44,269 bases of DNA, taken from the IMG/VR virus record IMGVR_UViG_3300029305_001256, one strand, 5' to 3'. A model generated the notes under the pieces. It was not told where the DNA came from and did no database searches. It worked only from the letters and a program-made list of their open reading frames with translations. Source of the DNA: a virus. A program made the translations under genes and the position numbers. Position 1 is the first letter of the stretch. Every line of letters starts with the position of its first letter. Of the stretch, positions 1 through 8,896 are shown in pieces.

Positions 1-127
1 CCCCGGAGGCAAGGTTTGATAAAATGGTGGATGCCTTTATCAACCCGCCACAAAGCGTATTTGCCGCTTTTAGGAGGCTTAAATGGTAAGGGGTGTAAAC
101 CTTGCCGCCGCTGTAAAAAGCCTCTGG
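1..127. repeat. Terminal overlap, identical to 44143..44269. This is a circular-contig assembly overlap, so the unique genome length is 44142 bp.
   Basis: The window starts ccccggaggcaaggtttgataaaatgg. The same string restarts at 44143 and runs to the last base. The overlap cuts through the 3' end of CDS 43830..44231 and the start of CDS 83..451. Confidence 0.9.
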
Positions 128-451
128 AGTGGCGTGTGCACCGTTACGGTGCGTGAAAACGAAACCAATGAGGCCAACGGGCGTACAGAGGCAAAGGAGG
201 TTGACCTTTGCACAAACGAGCCCTGCCGTATTTCTTTTGATACGGTCCAGGTAACGGAGCCCTCCAACGGCGCCGCCCAAATAAAGCAAACCGTTACGCT
301 GTTTATTGATCCAGCTGTTTCTATCCCGGCAGGATCCAAAATCACCGTAACGCAGAACGGCACCACCGGGGTGTATGAGCAAAGCGGTAAGGCTGCGGTT
401 TATTCCGCACATAAGGAAATACCGCTTGAGCTCTTTAAGGGGTGGGCGTAA
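83..451 (+). CDS. Head-tail joining / head-closure-like neck protein
   Basis: ATG 83 overlaps the stop of the connector gene (ATGGTAA). The product is 122 aa and lies between the connector and a gp10-like gene. The function is positional and judged by eye only. Confidence 0.55.
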   Translation: MVRGVNLAAAVKSLWSGVCTVTVRENETNEANGRTEAKEVDLCTNEPCRISFDTVQVTEPSNGAAQIKQTVTLFIDPAVSIPAGSKITVTQNGTTGVYEQSGKAAVYSAHKEIPLELFKGWA

Positions 452-954
452 TGGCAAAATGGGGCAAAGCAGATTTTGAGCAATTCAAGCAATTACAGGA
501 TCGCCTCCAAAGGCTGGAGCAAATTGATCTTGATAAATTTTGCAGGGATGTATCAAAGGAGCTTGCCGCCCGTTTGCTTGCACTCGTTATACCCCGCACC
601 CCCGTTGGTGTGTACCCAGAGGGTACCGGCAAGAATGGCGGCACATTAAGGCGTGGATGGACCGGTGGCAAAAACGCTGGTGCAAGAGCCTATGCCCAAA
701 GCCTGCCAATTACAAAGGTGGGCCACACTTACACCATTGAGGTTATAAACCCCGTGGAGTATGCAAGCTATGTGGAATTTGGGCACAGACAAACACCAGG
801 CCGTTTTGTACCCGCTATTGGAAAACGCCTCAAAGCATCGTGGGTTGATGGGCAGTATTTCCTCACCGTATCGGAGGAGGAGCTGCAACGGTTGGCCCCG
901 GTGATTATACAGCGGAAACTCGATCAATTACTCCGGGAGGTATTCAATGGCTGA
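451..954 (+). CDS. HK97 gp10-family-like neck/tail-completion protein
   Basis: The start overlaps the upstream stop as TAATG at 449..453. The C-terminal half contains ...PVEYASYVEFGHRQTPGRFVP..., typical of gp10-type proteins. The ORF-track start at GTG 442 is less likely. Confidence 0.65.
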   Translation: MAKWGKADFEQFKQLQDRLQRLEQIDLDKFCRDVSKELAARLLALVIPRTPVGVYPEGTGKNGGTLRRGWTGGKNAGARAYAQSLPITKVGHTYTIEVINPVEYASYVEFGHRQTPGRFVPAIGKRLKASWVDGQYFLTVSEEELQRLAPVIIQRKLDQLLREVFNG

Positions 955-1366
955 AATAAGTTATAACAGCATTTTTGACGGGGTAACACTTGCCTTGCAT
1001 CGTGCGTTTCCAGCGGTGCATATACACGGCAGGACCGTCAAACAAGATCTGCATCCCGGTGATTTCAATGTGTTGCCGATCACCCCACAACATAGTGGGC
1101 AGATGGGCTCCCGTGCTAACCGCAGCATTACCTTTGATGTTATCTATTACGCCACCGAAAATGGCGGGCGTGAGGAGTGCCTGGAAAAGGCAAACCTCTT
1201 ACCCAAAGCCATTGGCACTATAACCACCCCGGAGGGTGATAAGGTGCACGGCACCGGCTTTGAAAGCACCATTGAGGATGGTGTGCTGCATTGCATTGTG
1301 CGGTACCCCCATTTTGTCTATGAAAAGGCAACCGGGGATGCTATGGAAACGCTAAAAATGAAATAG
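947..1366 (+). CDS. Neck/tail-terminator-position structural protein (hypothetical)
   Basis: A 139-aa ORF whose start overlaps the upstream stop. Its position is immediately upstream of the sheath module. Confidence 0.5.
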   Translation: MAEISYNSIFDGVTLALHRAFPAVHIHGRTVKQDLHPGDFNVLPITPQHSGQMGSRANRSITFDVIYYATENGGREECLEKANLLPKAIGTITTPEGDKVHGTGFESTIEDGVLHCIVRYPHFVYEKATGDAMETLKMK

Positions 1367-1377
1367 GAGGCTTGGCT

Positions 1378-1560
1378 ATGGCAACAAAGACCAATGCAGA
1401 GGCTGTGGCTCCCGTGCACACAAAGGCACAGCTGCTTGCCTCAAAGAAATATGCCAACAGGCAGGATATTATCAACGCCCTGCTTGAGGATGGCAAGACC
1501 TATACCACCGCCCAGGTGGATGCGTTGATTGAAAAATTTATGAAAGGACAGGTAAAGTAA
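1378..1560 (+). CDS. Small hypothetical protein
   Basis: AGGAGG at 1365..1370 lies 7 nt before ATG 1378. The product is 60 aa, and the gene is coupled to the sheath gene with a 1-nt gap. Confidence 0.5.
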   Translation: MATKTNAEAVAPVHTKAQLLASKKYANRQDIINALLEDGKTYTTAQVDALIEKFMKGQVK

Positions 1561-1561
1561 T

Positions 1562-2884
1562 ATGGCACACGGTGGCGGCACCTGGCTTACCCAAAATAAG
1601 GTAATGCCCGGTACTTATATCAATTTTACCAGTTTGGCCAAGGCTACTGCGGCTCTTTCCGATAGAGACATTGCGGCAGCCCCCTTTGAGCTGAATTGGG
1701 GCCCGGAGGGTACCGTTTTTGAGGTTACTTCCGGCGATTTCCAGAAAAACAGCAAGGCCATTTTCGGCTACGGCTACGATGCCCCGGAAATGCTTGCATT
1801 GCGTGAGATTTTCTGCCACGCAACCAAAGTGTATTGCTACCGCTTGGGTAGCGGCGGCGTAAAGGCTGCTAACACCTATGGTACAGCAAAACACCCCGGC
1901 ACTCGTGGCAATGACATTACCATTGTTATTGCGGCGAATGTTGACGATGAGAGCGCCTACGATGTAAGCACTCTTGTTGGTGGCTCTGTGTATGAAACCC
2001 AGACCGTTGCGGGAGCATCCAACCTTGTTGACAACGATTTTGTTGTGTTCAAAAAGGATGCAGAGCTTGCCAATACGGCAGGCTTGCCTATGACCGGCGG
2101 CACAAACGCTGCCAGCATTTCCGGTGAGGATCACCAGGCTTTCCTTGATAAGATCGAAAGCTACGCATTTAACGCACTTTGCTGCCCGGCAGCCGATGCC
2201 TCGGTTGTTACCCTTTACGCAAAGTTTGCAGAGCGTGTGCGTGATACCATCGGCTCCAAATTCCAGGTAATTGCTTGGCAGCCTGCGGCTGACTATGAGG
2301 GCGTTATCGGCGTTTGGAATGAGGCAACCCACGGATCCATTGCGAATGTTGCAAAGCACTCCCTTGTATATTGGGTGGCTGGTGCACAGGCAGGGGTTGC
2401 TGTCAATAAATCGCTCACTAATACCGTGTATGATGGTGAGCTCATTGTGGATGTGGAATACACCCAGGCAGAGCTTGAGGCTTGCATTAAGGCCGGCAAG
2501 TTTATGCTCCACAATGTAAACGGCACGGTGCGTGTTTTGGAGGATATTAACACCCTCGTTACCCTTAACGATGAAAAGGGTGAGATTTTCCAGAGCAACC
2601 AGACCGTAAGAGTGTGCGACCAGATCGCCAACGATGTTGCGGTGCTCTTTAACACCCGCTATGTTGGCCAGGTACCGAATGATGCCTCTGGGCGTGCTAC
2701 CCTCTGGAACGATATTGTTAAGCTGGTGCAGGAGCTTGAGCGCATCCGTGCGGTTGAGGACTTTGACACCGACACAGTAACGGTAGAGGTTGGCGATAAC
2801 AAAAAGGCGGTACTGCTCACTATCAACGGCCTTAACATCGTAAATGCGATGAGCCAGCTCTATATGAGCGTTATTATTCAGTAA
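1562..2884 (+). CDS. Contractile tail sheath protein (XkdK-like)
   Basis: A 440-aa ORF directly upstream of the tube gene. Length and sequence character fit the PBSX-type sheath family. Confidence 0.85.
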   Translation: MAHGGGTWLTQNKVMPGTYINFTSLAKATAALSDRDIAAAPFELNWGPEGTVFEVTSGDFQKNSKAIFGYGYDAPEMLALREIFCHATKVYCYRLGSGGVKAANTYGTAKHPGTRGNDITIVIAANVDDESAYDVSTLVGGSVYETQTVAGASNLVDNDFVVFKKDAELANTAGLPMTGGTNAASISGEDHQAFLDKIESYAFNALCCPAADASVVTLYAKFAERVRDTIGSKFQVIAWQPAADYEGVIGVWNEATHGSIANVAKHSLVYWVAGAQAGVAVNKSLTNTVYDGELIVDVEYTQAELEACIKAGKFMLHNVNGTVRVLEDINTLVTLNDEKGEIFQSNQTVRVCDQIANDVAVLFNTRYVGQVPNDASGRATLWNDIVKLVQELERIRAVEDFDTDTVTVEVGDNKKAVLLTINGLNIVNAMSQLYMSVIIQ

Positions 2885-2898
2885 AGGAGGCAGCGTAA

Positions 2899-3375
2899 AT
2901 GGATAGCACAAAGATTATGGCAACCAATGATGCTCCGGTTGCGAAATTTGCCGAGGTATTTGTTACCCTCAATGGTAAGCGTTATGCAATGCTTATGTGT
3001 AAAAACTTTGAGGGCAAGGCCAGCATTTCCAACCAGGATGTGCCCCGTATGGGCTCCATCATTATGGGTAAGAAACCCACCACCGTTGAGCTTTCTTTCT
3101 CAATGACCATCTACAAGTGCACCGAGATTTTTGATGATGTGCTTGACACATTCATTAAAACCGGTGTAATGCCCACTATGGACATCCAGACCTCCAACGA
3201 GGATCCGGCAACCTCTATGGGCCGCACAACCAAGGTTTACAATGATTGTGTGCTTGATGGTGATGTGCTGCTTTCGTTGGCAGGCTCCGAGGATGATTTC
3301 ATTGAGCAGGAGATCAGCGGCTTTGCAGGCGGCTACACACGCCCCGAAAAGTACAAAAACCCGGCTTATATGTAA
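2899..3375 (+). CDS. Tail tube protein (XkdM-like)
   Basis: A 158-aa ORF with an AGGAGG RBS, lying between the sheath and chaperone genes. Confidence 0.8.
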   Translation: MDSTKIMATNDAPVAKFAEVFVTLNGKRYAMLMCKNFEGKASISNQDVPRMGSIIMGKKPTTVELSFSMTIYKCTEIFDDVLDTFIKTGVMPTMDIQTSNEDPATSMGRTTKVYNDCVLDGDVLLSLAGSEDDFIEQEISGFAGGYTRPEKYKNPAYM

Positions 3376-3404
3376 GCCACAATAATTAAGGAGGTAATTG
3401 CTTT

Positions 3405-3833
3405 ATGGCAAAATCATTGAGTGCTTTTATGGCACAGAACGCTAAAAAGGTTGAAAACCGCAAAATTGTTGCATCCACCCGCTTTGTTGGTGAGGATGGT
3501 AAGCCTATGGAATGGGAGATCGCTTGCATTACCGCAGGTGAAAATCAGAAGATCCGCAAAAGCTGTATGAGGAGCGTACCGGTAAGCGGTAAGCGTGGCC
3601 AGTACACGCAGGAGTTTGATAATGCCGGCTACCAGGCAAAACTTGCCGTAAGGTGCACGGTGTTCCCGGATCTCAACGATGCAGAATTGCAGGAAAGCTA
3701 CGGCGTTATGGGCGCCGAGCAGCTCATTTCCGCTATGCTTACCGGCGGTGAATTTGATGAGTACATTTCCGCACTCCTCGACCTTAACGGTTTTACCGAT
3801 ATGGGCGATCTGGTGGATGAGGCAAAAAACTAA
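3405..3833 (+). CDS. Tail assembly chaperone (XkdN-like), short form
   Basis: A 142-aa ORF between tube and tape measure. It ends directly after an A-AAA-AAC slippery heptamer. Confidence 0.75.
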   Translation: MAKSLSAFMAQNAKKVENRKIVASTRFVGEDGKPMEWEIACITAGENQKIRKSCMRSVPVSGKRGQYTQEFDNAGYQAKLAVRCTVFPDLNDAELQESYGVMGAEQLISAMLTGGEFDEYISALLDLNGFTDMGDLVDEAKN

Positions 3834-4021
3834 TATTGGAGGGTGAGGCCGAGGCAAACTATGCCTATTACGCCCTCCACAAATTCCGCTGGAAACCCTC
3901 GGAATTTTTGGCGTTAGATCCGTATGAGCAGGCTTTTGTTGTGGCCGCCATTGATGTACGGGTTGACAAAGAAAAGAAAGAGGCGGCAGCGGCAAAACGA
4001 AAATCAAGCAGACGGAAATAA
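3405..4021 (+). CDS. Tail assembly chaperone, -1 frameshift-extended form (G/GT-type)
   Basis: A -1 slip at 3824..3830 reads AAA AAA CTA ATA TTG and enters the frame of ORF 3836..4021 without a stop. Confidence 0.6.
3824..3830 (+). other. Programmed -1 ribosomal frameshift slippery heptamer A-AAA-AAC
   Basis: An X-XXY-YYZ heptamer in the zero frame of CDS 3405..3833, one codon before its stop. The downstream ORF is in the -1 frame. Confidence 0.6.
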
Positions 4022-4049
4022 AACGGGGCTACGGCTCCGTTTTGTTTTT
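4022..4049 (+). terminator. Terminator-like hairpin between chaperone and tape-measure genes
   Basis: AACGGGGC-TACG-GCTCCGTT (8-bp stem with one mismatch) followed by TTGTTTTT. Confidence 0.35.
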
Positions 4050-4066
4050 CCGGAAAGGAGGTACTT

Positions 4067-6436
4067 ATGGGTGCTGTTAGATCGCAGCTTGTTATCAATG
4101 ACGGTATGACCTCCGCATTAAGGCGTATAAACAAGGCAATGAGCTTGATGATTGGCAACTTTGAGGCCGTACAGCGTGCCTCTGGCCAAAGCATTAACAC
4201 CTCAAACCTTAACGCCGCACGGCAGGAAATTGGCAGAGCCAATGCCCAGCTTGATGTTATGGAGCAAAACTACCGTGCAATAAACGATCAACAGAACAAC
4301 CTCAACAGAGGCCTAAACACCGGCACCAAAAATGCTGGTGGGCTTTTAAGTAAAATTAAAAGTGTGGCTGCTGCGTACCTCGGTATGAAAGGCATAACTG
4401 CAACGGTTGGACTTTCGGACACTATGACAAGCAACCGAGCCCGCCTGGAGCTCATTGTTGACGATGGCGGCAGCGTTGCAGAGCTTGAGCAAAAGATTTA
4501 CGCCTCTGCACAAAGAGCCCGTGCAGGCTTTACGGAAACAATGGCCACAGTATCAAAGCTGGGGCTTGTAGCCGGTAAGGCTTTCCGCAGTAACGATGAG
4601 ATCATTGCTTTCCAAGAGCTGGTAAACAAAAACTTTGTTGTGGGCGGTGCATCCGCTACCGAGCAGGCATCTGCTATGTATCAGCTAACCCAGGCAATGG
4701 GCTCCGGGCGCTTGCAGGGCGATGAGTACAGATCCATTATTGAAAATGCCCCCTTGCTTGCAAAAAGCATTGAGGACTATATGCGGAATGTGCAGGGAGC
4801 CACCGGCACAATGAAAGATTGGGCATCGGAGGGTAAACTTACCGCCGATGTTATTAAGGCGGCTGTTTTCAATTCTGCGGATGAGGTTGAGGAGCGTTTC
4901 AACAAAATGCCCAAGACCTGGAGCCAGGTGTGGACCTCGATGAAAAACCGAGCCATTAAGGCTATGGATCCTGTGCTTGTTAAAATCAATCAGCTTGCAA
5001 ATAACGCAAAGGTGCAAAAGACCATAAACGGGCTTGTAAATGGCTTTGCCCTCGTTGCCAATGTGGCTGCGGGAGCGTTTGAGGTTATCAGCAATATATA
5101 CGCATTTATGAGCGATAACTGGAGCACGATTGGCCCCATAATTATGGGCGTGGTTGCCGCCCTCTTGCTTTACAAGGGTGCTGTGCTTGCCATTACCGCC
5201 ATTGAAACCATTTCAGCGGTGGTAAAGGGCGTGCTTGCAGCCGCCCAAATGATGCAAACGGGTGCAACCTTTGCCGCTACGGCGGCACAATACGGCTTAA
5301 ATGCCGCCCTGTGGGCTTGCCCCATTACCTGGATCATTGCCCTCATTATTGCATTGATCGTTGTTTTCGTTATCTTTACGGAGCAGATCACCGGTGCAAT
5401 TTGGTGGCTGGGTGCTCTTTTCAAAAATGTTGGCCTGTGGATCGCAAATTGCGGTTTGGCAGCTTGGCAGGTTATAAAAAATGTGGGGCTTTGGTTTGCT
5501 AACCTCGGCCTTGCTATCTGGCAGGTAATTAAAAACATTGGGGCTTGGTTTGCAAACCTCGGTGCAAGTGCGTGGGCCATCATCAAAAATACCGGTTTGT
5601 GGTTTGCAAACCTCGGTATGGGCATCTGGAATGTGCTCAAGGCTGCGGCAAGCAATGTGGGTACCGCTTTCAAAAATGCGTGGATCGGCATCCAAATTGG
5701 CTTTTGGACTATGCTGGATGTTATTATGCAGGGCATTAAATCTTTGGCCGAAAAGGCCAATAAGTGCCTTGGTTGGATGGGTGTAAACATTGACACCTCC
5801 GGCCTCGATTTTGCATCCAAGAAAATTGACGAGCTGAACGGCAAAAAGGAAAGCTATGAGAGCATAAGCGATGCGTGGACAGAGGGCTTTAACACCTTTG
5901 CGTATGACAGCGTAAGCGATGCGTGGAACTCCCACGATTATGGCAGCGTTGGTGATGCAATGGGCACCTTTGACTACGGCAGCGTTGGTGATGCTTTTAA
6001 CACCTTTGACACATTCCAAGACGGTTGGGGCTCCGATGCCTACGCCGCAGGTGCAGAGGTGGGCGCCGGCATTAAGGACTGGATGGGTGATAATCTTTCT
6101 GTAAATGGCATCCTTGAAAAAATGGGCGTAAGCACCGGACCGGAAACAACGGATCCGTTGGGTTACGGTAGCACCCTGGATGATATTGCAGGCGATACCC
6201 AGAGCCTTGCCGGTAGCACCGACAAAACCACGGAGGAGCTTGCATACTTGCGTGATATTGCGGAGCAGGAGGCTATTAACCGCTTTACTACCGCAGAGGT
6301 TAAAATTGATATGACGGGAATGACAAACCGCATTGACAGCAACCTCGATATTGATGGCGTTGTTGGCCAGCTTACCGATGGCTTTGTTGATGCGTTGAGT
6401 ACCGCAGCGGAGGGGGTGCACGACGATGAGCTATAA
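4067..6436 (+). CDS. Tail tape measure protein
   Basis: A 789-aa ORF downstream of the chaperone pair. It has a helical N-terminal half, a hydrophobic central region and internal tandem repeats. Confidence 0.9.
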   Translation: MGAVRSQLVINDGMTSALRRINKAMSLMIGNFEAVQRASGQSINTSNLNAARQEIGRANAQLDVMEQNYRAINDQQNNLNRGLNTGTKNAGGLLSKIKSVAAAYLGMKGITATVGLSDTMTSNRARLELIVDDGGSVAELEQKIYASAQRARAGFTETMATVSKLGLVAGKAFRSNDEIIAFQELVNKNFVVGGASATEQASAMYQLTQAMGSGRLQGDEYRSIIENAPLLAKSIEDYMRNVQGATGTMKDWASEGKLTADVIKAAVFNSADEVEERFNKMPKTWSQVWTSMKNRAIKAMDPVLVKINQLANNAKVQKTINGLVNGFALVANVAAGAFEVISNIYAFMSDNWSTIGPIIMGVVAALLLYKGAVLAITAIETISAVVKGVLAAAQMMQTGATFAATAAQYGLNAALWACPITWIIALIIALIVVFVIFTEQITGAIWWLGALFKNVGLWIANCGLAAWQVIKNVGLWFANLGLAIWQVIKNIGAWFANLGASAWAIIKNTGLWFANLGMGIWNVLKAAASNVGTAFKNAWIGIQIGFWTMLDVIMQGIKSLAEKANKCLGWMGVNIDTSGLDFASKKIDELNGKKESYESISDAWTEGFNTFAYDSVSDAWNSHDYGSVGDAMGTFDYGSVGDAFNTFDTFQDGWGSDAYAAGAEVGAGIKDWMGDNLSVNGILEKMGVSTGPETTDPLGYGSTLDDIAGDTQSLAGSTDKTTEELAYLRDIAEQEAINRFTTAEVKIDMTGMTNRIDSNLDIDGVVGQLTDGFVDALSTAAEGVHDDEL
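5423..5638 (+). repeat. Four tandem 54-nt (18-aa) repeats inside the tape measure gene
   Basis: The four units read KNVGLWIANCGLAAWQVI, KNVGLWFANLGLAIWQVI, KNIGAWFANLGASAWAII and KNTGLWFANLGMGIWNVL. Confidence 0.8.
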
Positions 6437-7127
6437 ATGCTATTTGTTTGGCCAGCTTATGCCGGAAACACCGAGCAAGCTGACCGTTAAGATCAAAGGC
6501 AAAAACAAAACGCTGGAGCTGCTTAATGAGGGTGAAATAAACTTTTTACGCACTCCGGGGCTCACCGAGATCACCCTGCCGCTGACATTCCCGATGCTGA
6601 CCGGCTCCCGCCGCCCAGATTATTACCTTAACCTTTTGGAAAAGGCAAAGACCGGCAGGAGCACAACGCAGTTTATTATGACCAGAACAACGCCAAACGG
6701 CAGGCTGCTTTTTGATACCAATATCAAGGTAAGCGTGGAGGACTACACTATTACGGAAAGTGCCACAAACGGCCTGGATGTATCGGTGGAGGTAAACCTC
6801 AAGCAGTACCGTGATTATGGTACCAAGACCATTAAGGTTGAAACGGAGGCCAAGAAAACCACCGCAGCAGTTACACAGCAGACACAACCCAAAAAGCAAA
6901 CAACTACCACAAAGACCGCAACTGTAACAAAAGAACGGCCAGCAACTACCGCCCCAAAAGCTACCACCTACACCGTTAAAAAGGGTGATTGCTTATGGAA
7001 TATTGCAAAAAAATATTTAGGAAATGGTGCAAAGTACAACCTAATTTACAACGCAAATAAGGATAAGATCAAAAACCCCAACCTTATTTATGTTGGCCAG
7101 GTTTTGACCATTCCGCAGGTTAAGTAA
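6426..7127 (+). CDS. LysM-domain tail protein (XkdP-like)
   Basis: C-terminal LysM signature YTVKKGDCLWNIAKKYLGNGAKYNLIYNANKDKIKNPNLIYVGQVLTIP. The gene overlaps the tape-measure stop. Confidence 0.8.
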   Translation: MSYKCYLFGQLMPETPSKLTVKIKGKNKTLELLNEGEINFLRTPGLTEITLPLTFPMLTGSRRPDYYLNLLEKAKTGRSTTQFIMTRTTPNGRLLFDTNIKVSVEDYTITESATNGLDVSVEVNLKQYRDYGTKTIKVETEAKKTTAAVTQQTQPKKQTTTTKTATVTKERPATTAPKATTYTVKKGDCLWNIAKKYLGNGAKYNLIYNANKDKIKNPNLIYVGQVLTIPQVK

Positions 7128-8092
7128 TGACCTACGAGCTTTTGATACAACACGGTAAAACCATTATGTACCCGCCCATTGTTGACGGTGTAACGGTGGA
7201 ATGGGAACGGCAGGGGCAACCCGGTAAACTCACCTTTGAGGTTATCAAAACGGAAAACCTCTCTTTTGAGGAGGGCGATCCCTGCCGTTTCTCGGTAGAT
7301 GGTGAGCCGTTGTTTTACGGGTTTGTGTTCGATAAATCACGATCCGGCAGTAGCCCCGAAAAGGTTAAGGTTACTGTGTACGATCAGCTGTATTACCTTA
7401 AAAACAAAGATACCTATGTGTACAGCAATAAAACAGCCACAGAGGTTGTTAAAATGATTGCAGAGGACTTTGGGCTTAACCTCGGCACCCTGGATGATAC
7501 CGGTTATAAAATCGAAACCAGGACAGAGGAAAACACAAGCCTCTTTGACATCATACAAAACGCTTTGGATGCCACCACAAAGGCAAAAACAGAGATGTAT
7601 GTGCTCTATGACAAAGCGGGCAAGCTAATGCTTACCAATATTGGCAATATGAAATTGGGCATCGTAATTAACGAGGAAACAGCCGGCAATTACGAATACA
7701 AGAGCAGCATTGCCGATAACACATACAACAGAATAAAATTGCTCTATGAGGACAGCGATGCCGGCACCCGCCAGGTGTACATTGCCCAGGATAGCTCCAA
7801 CATTAACAAGTGGGGTGTATTGCAGTATTACGAAAAACTGAACGATGCGACCAATGCCAAAACAATGGCAGATGCCTTGCTCAAACTTTATAATGCAAAA
7901 ACCCGCACCTTGAAAATATCGGATGCCTTGGGTGATACCAGGGTAAGAGCCGGTACAATGCTGGTGGTTATGCTTGGGTTGGGTGATATAAACCTCTCAA
8001 ATTTCCTTTTGGTTGAGCAGGTAAAACACACCTTTTCCAACGGCCAGCACCTTATGGAGTTAAAACTGCGAGGTGGTAAATTTGTCGCTTGA
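7127..8092 (+). CDS. Baseplate hub / late-control-D-like tail protein (XkdQ position)
   Basis: A 321-aa ORF with an ATGA-type overlap to the LysM gene. It holds the conserved position in PBSX-type modules. Confidence 0.6.
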   Translation: MTYELLIQHGKTIMYPPIVDGVTVEWERQGQPGKLTFEVIKTENLSFEEGDPCRFSVDGEPLFYGFVFDKSRSGSSPEKVKVTVYDQLYYLKNKDTYVYSNKTATEVVKMIAEDFGLNLGTLDDTGYKIETRTEENTSLFDIIQNALDATTKAKTEMYVLYDKAGKLMLTNIGNMKLGIVINEETAGNYEYKSSIADNTYNRIKLLYEDSDAGTRQVYIAQDSSNINKWGVLQYYEKLNDATNAKTMADALLKLYNAKTRTLKISDALGDTRVRAGTMLVVMLGLGDINLSNFLLVEQVKHTFSNGQHLMELKLRGGKFVA

Positions 8093-8477
8093 TATAAACA
8101 CACTTGTAAAAGCGGTAAAGCGTGCCGCCGTTGATGCTGTGATGGCACAAAAGCCAATGGCGTTTTGCTTGGGTGAGGTTGTTTCAGCCTCCCCCTTAAA
8201 AATATCCGTTGACCAAAAAATGACACTCACGGCGGCGCAGCTCATACTCACCAATGCGGTGCGTGATTATGTGGTATATATGACCGTTGACCACAGCACC
8301 GATAGCACAAGCGGCGGCAGCGGTGATAGCTCCTTTGCATCCCACAGCCATAAGTACACCGGTAAGAAAAAGTACACGGTGCACCTGGGGCTTAAAAAGG
8401 GTGAAAAGGTTATCCTGCTCCGGTGCGATGGTGGGCAAAAATTTATTGTCTTTGACAGAGTGGAGGTGCCCAAGTAA
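8073..8477 (+). CDS. Small baseplate protein (XkdR position)
   Basis: A 134-aa ORF. The start is uncertain: GTG 8073, or TTG 8082 which follows GAGGTGG. Confidence 0.5.
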   Translation: MVNLSLDINTLVKAVKRAAVDAVMAQKPMAFCLGEVVSASPLKISVDQKMTLTAAQLILTNAVRDYVVYMTVDHSTDSTSGGSGDSSFASHSHKYTGKKKYTVHLGLKKGEKVILLRCDGGQKFIVFDRVEVPK

Positions 8478-8896
8478 TGGCTGAAATGCAATTTTTACCG
8501 CAAACCGGTGATGATATTGACCTTATGGAGTTTGCCATAGAGGAGCAGCCCAGCTACACCTACAAGCTGGATATAGACAAAGGGCGTATAAGAGGTATGA
8601 CGGATGAGGCAGATGCAATGCTCCAGGCCGTTTACCTTATCCTTTCCGTGGAAAGGTACCAATACCCCATTTATTCATTTAACTACGGCGTGGAGCTTGC
8701 TGACCTCATAGGACAGCCCAAAGATTATGTAATGAGTGAGGCAAAGCGCCGCATTACCGAGGCCTTAACGCAGGATGATCGTATTGAGAGTGTTGACGGG
8801 TGGGCCTTTGAAACCACCAAAAAATCAGTTATTGTTACCTTTACGGTGCATACGATTTTTGGCGATATTGAAACAACAAAGGAGGTGGCGGTATGA
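8477..8896 (+). CDS. Baseplate wedge protein (XkdS / gpW-gp25-like position)
   Basis: A 139-aa ORF overlapping both of its neighbours, directly upstream of the baseplate J-like gene. Confidence 0.55.
   Translation: MAEMQFLPQTGDDIDLMEFAIEEQPSYTYKLDIDKGRIRGMTDEADAMLQAVYLILSVERYQYPIYSFNYGVELADLIGQPKDYVMSEAKRRITEALTQDDRIESVDGWAFETTKKSVIVTFTVHTIFGDIETTKEVAV

Noticed and set aside
1-127. The terminal direct repeat read as a biological DTR or cos-type end.
   Set aside because: Its length is exactly 127 nt and it lies inside coding sequence. This is best explained as a k-mer overlap of a circular assembly. It cannot be fully excluded without read termini.
1538-2911. Long antisense ORFs opposite well-supported genes. 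Examples are 1538..2911, 5297..6421, 11596..12396, 21987..22829, 23075..24319, 32441..33574, 36745..37719, 38511..39617 and 42431..43897, all on the minus strand.
   Set aside because: These are shadow ORFs of strongly supported plus-strand genes. They have no RBS, are Cys/Gly/His-rich and low-complexity, and would break the uniform operon orientation.
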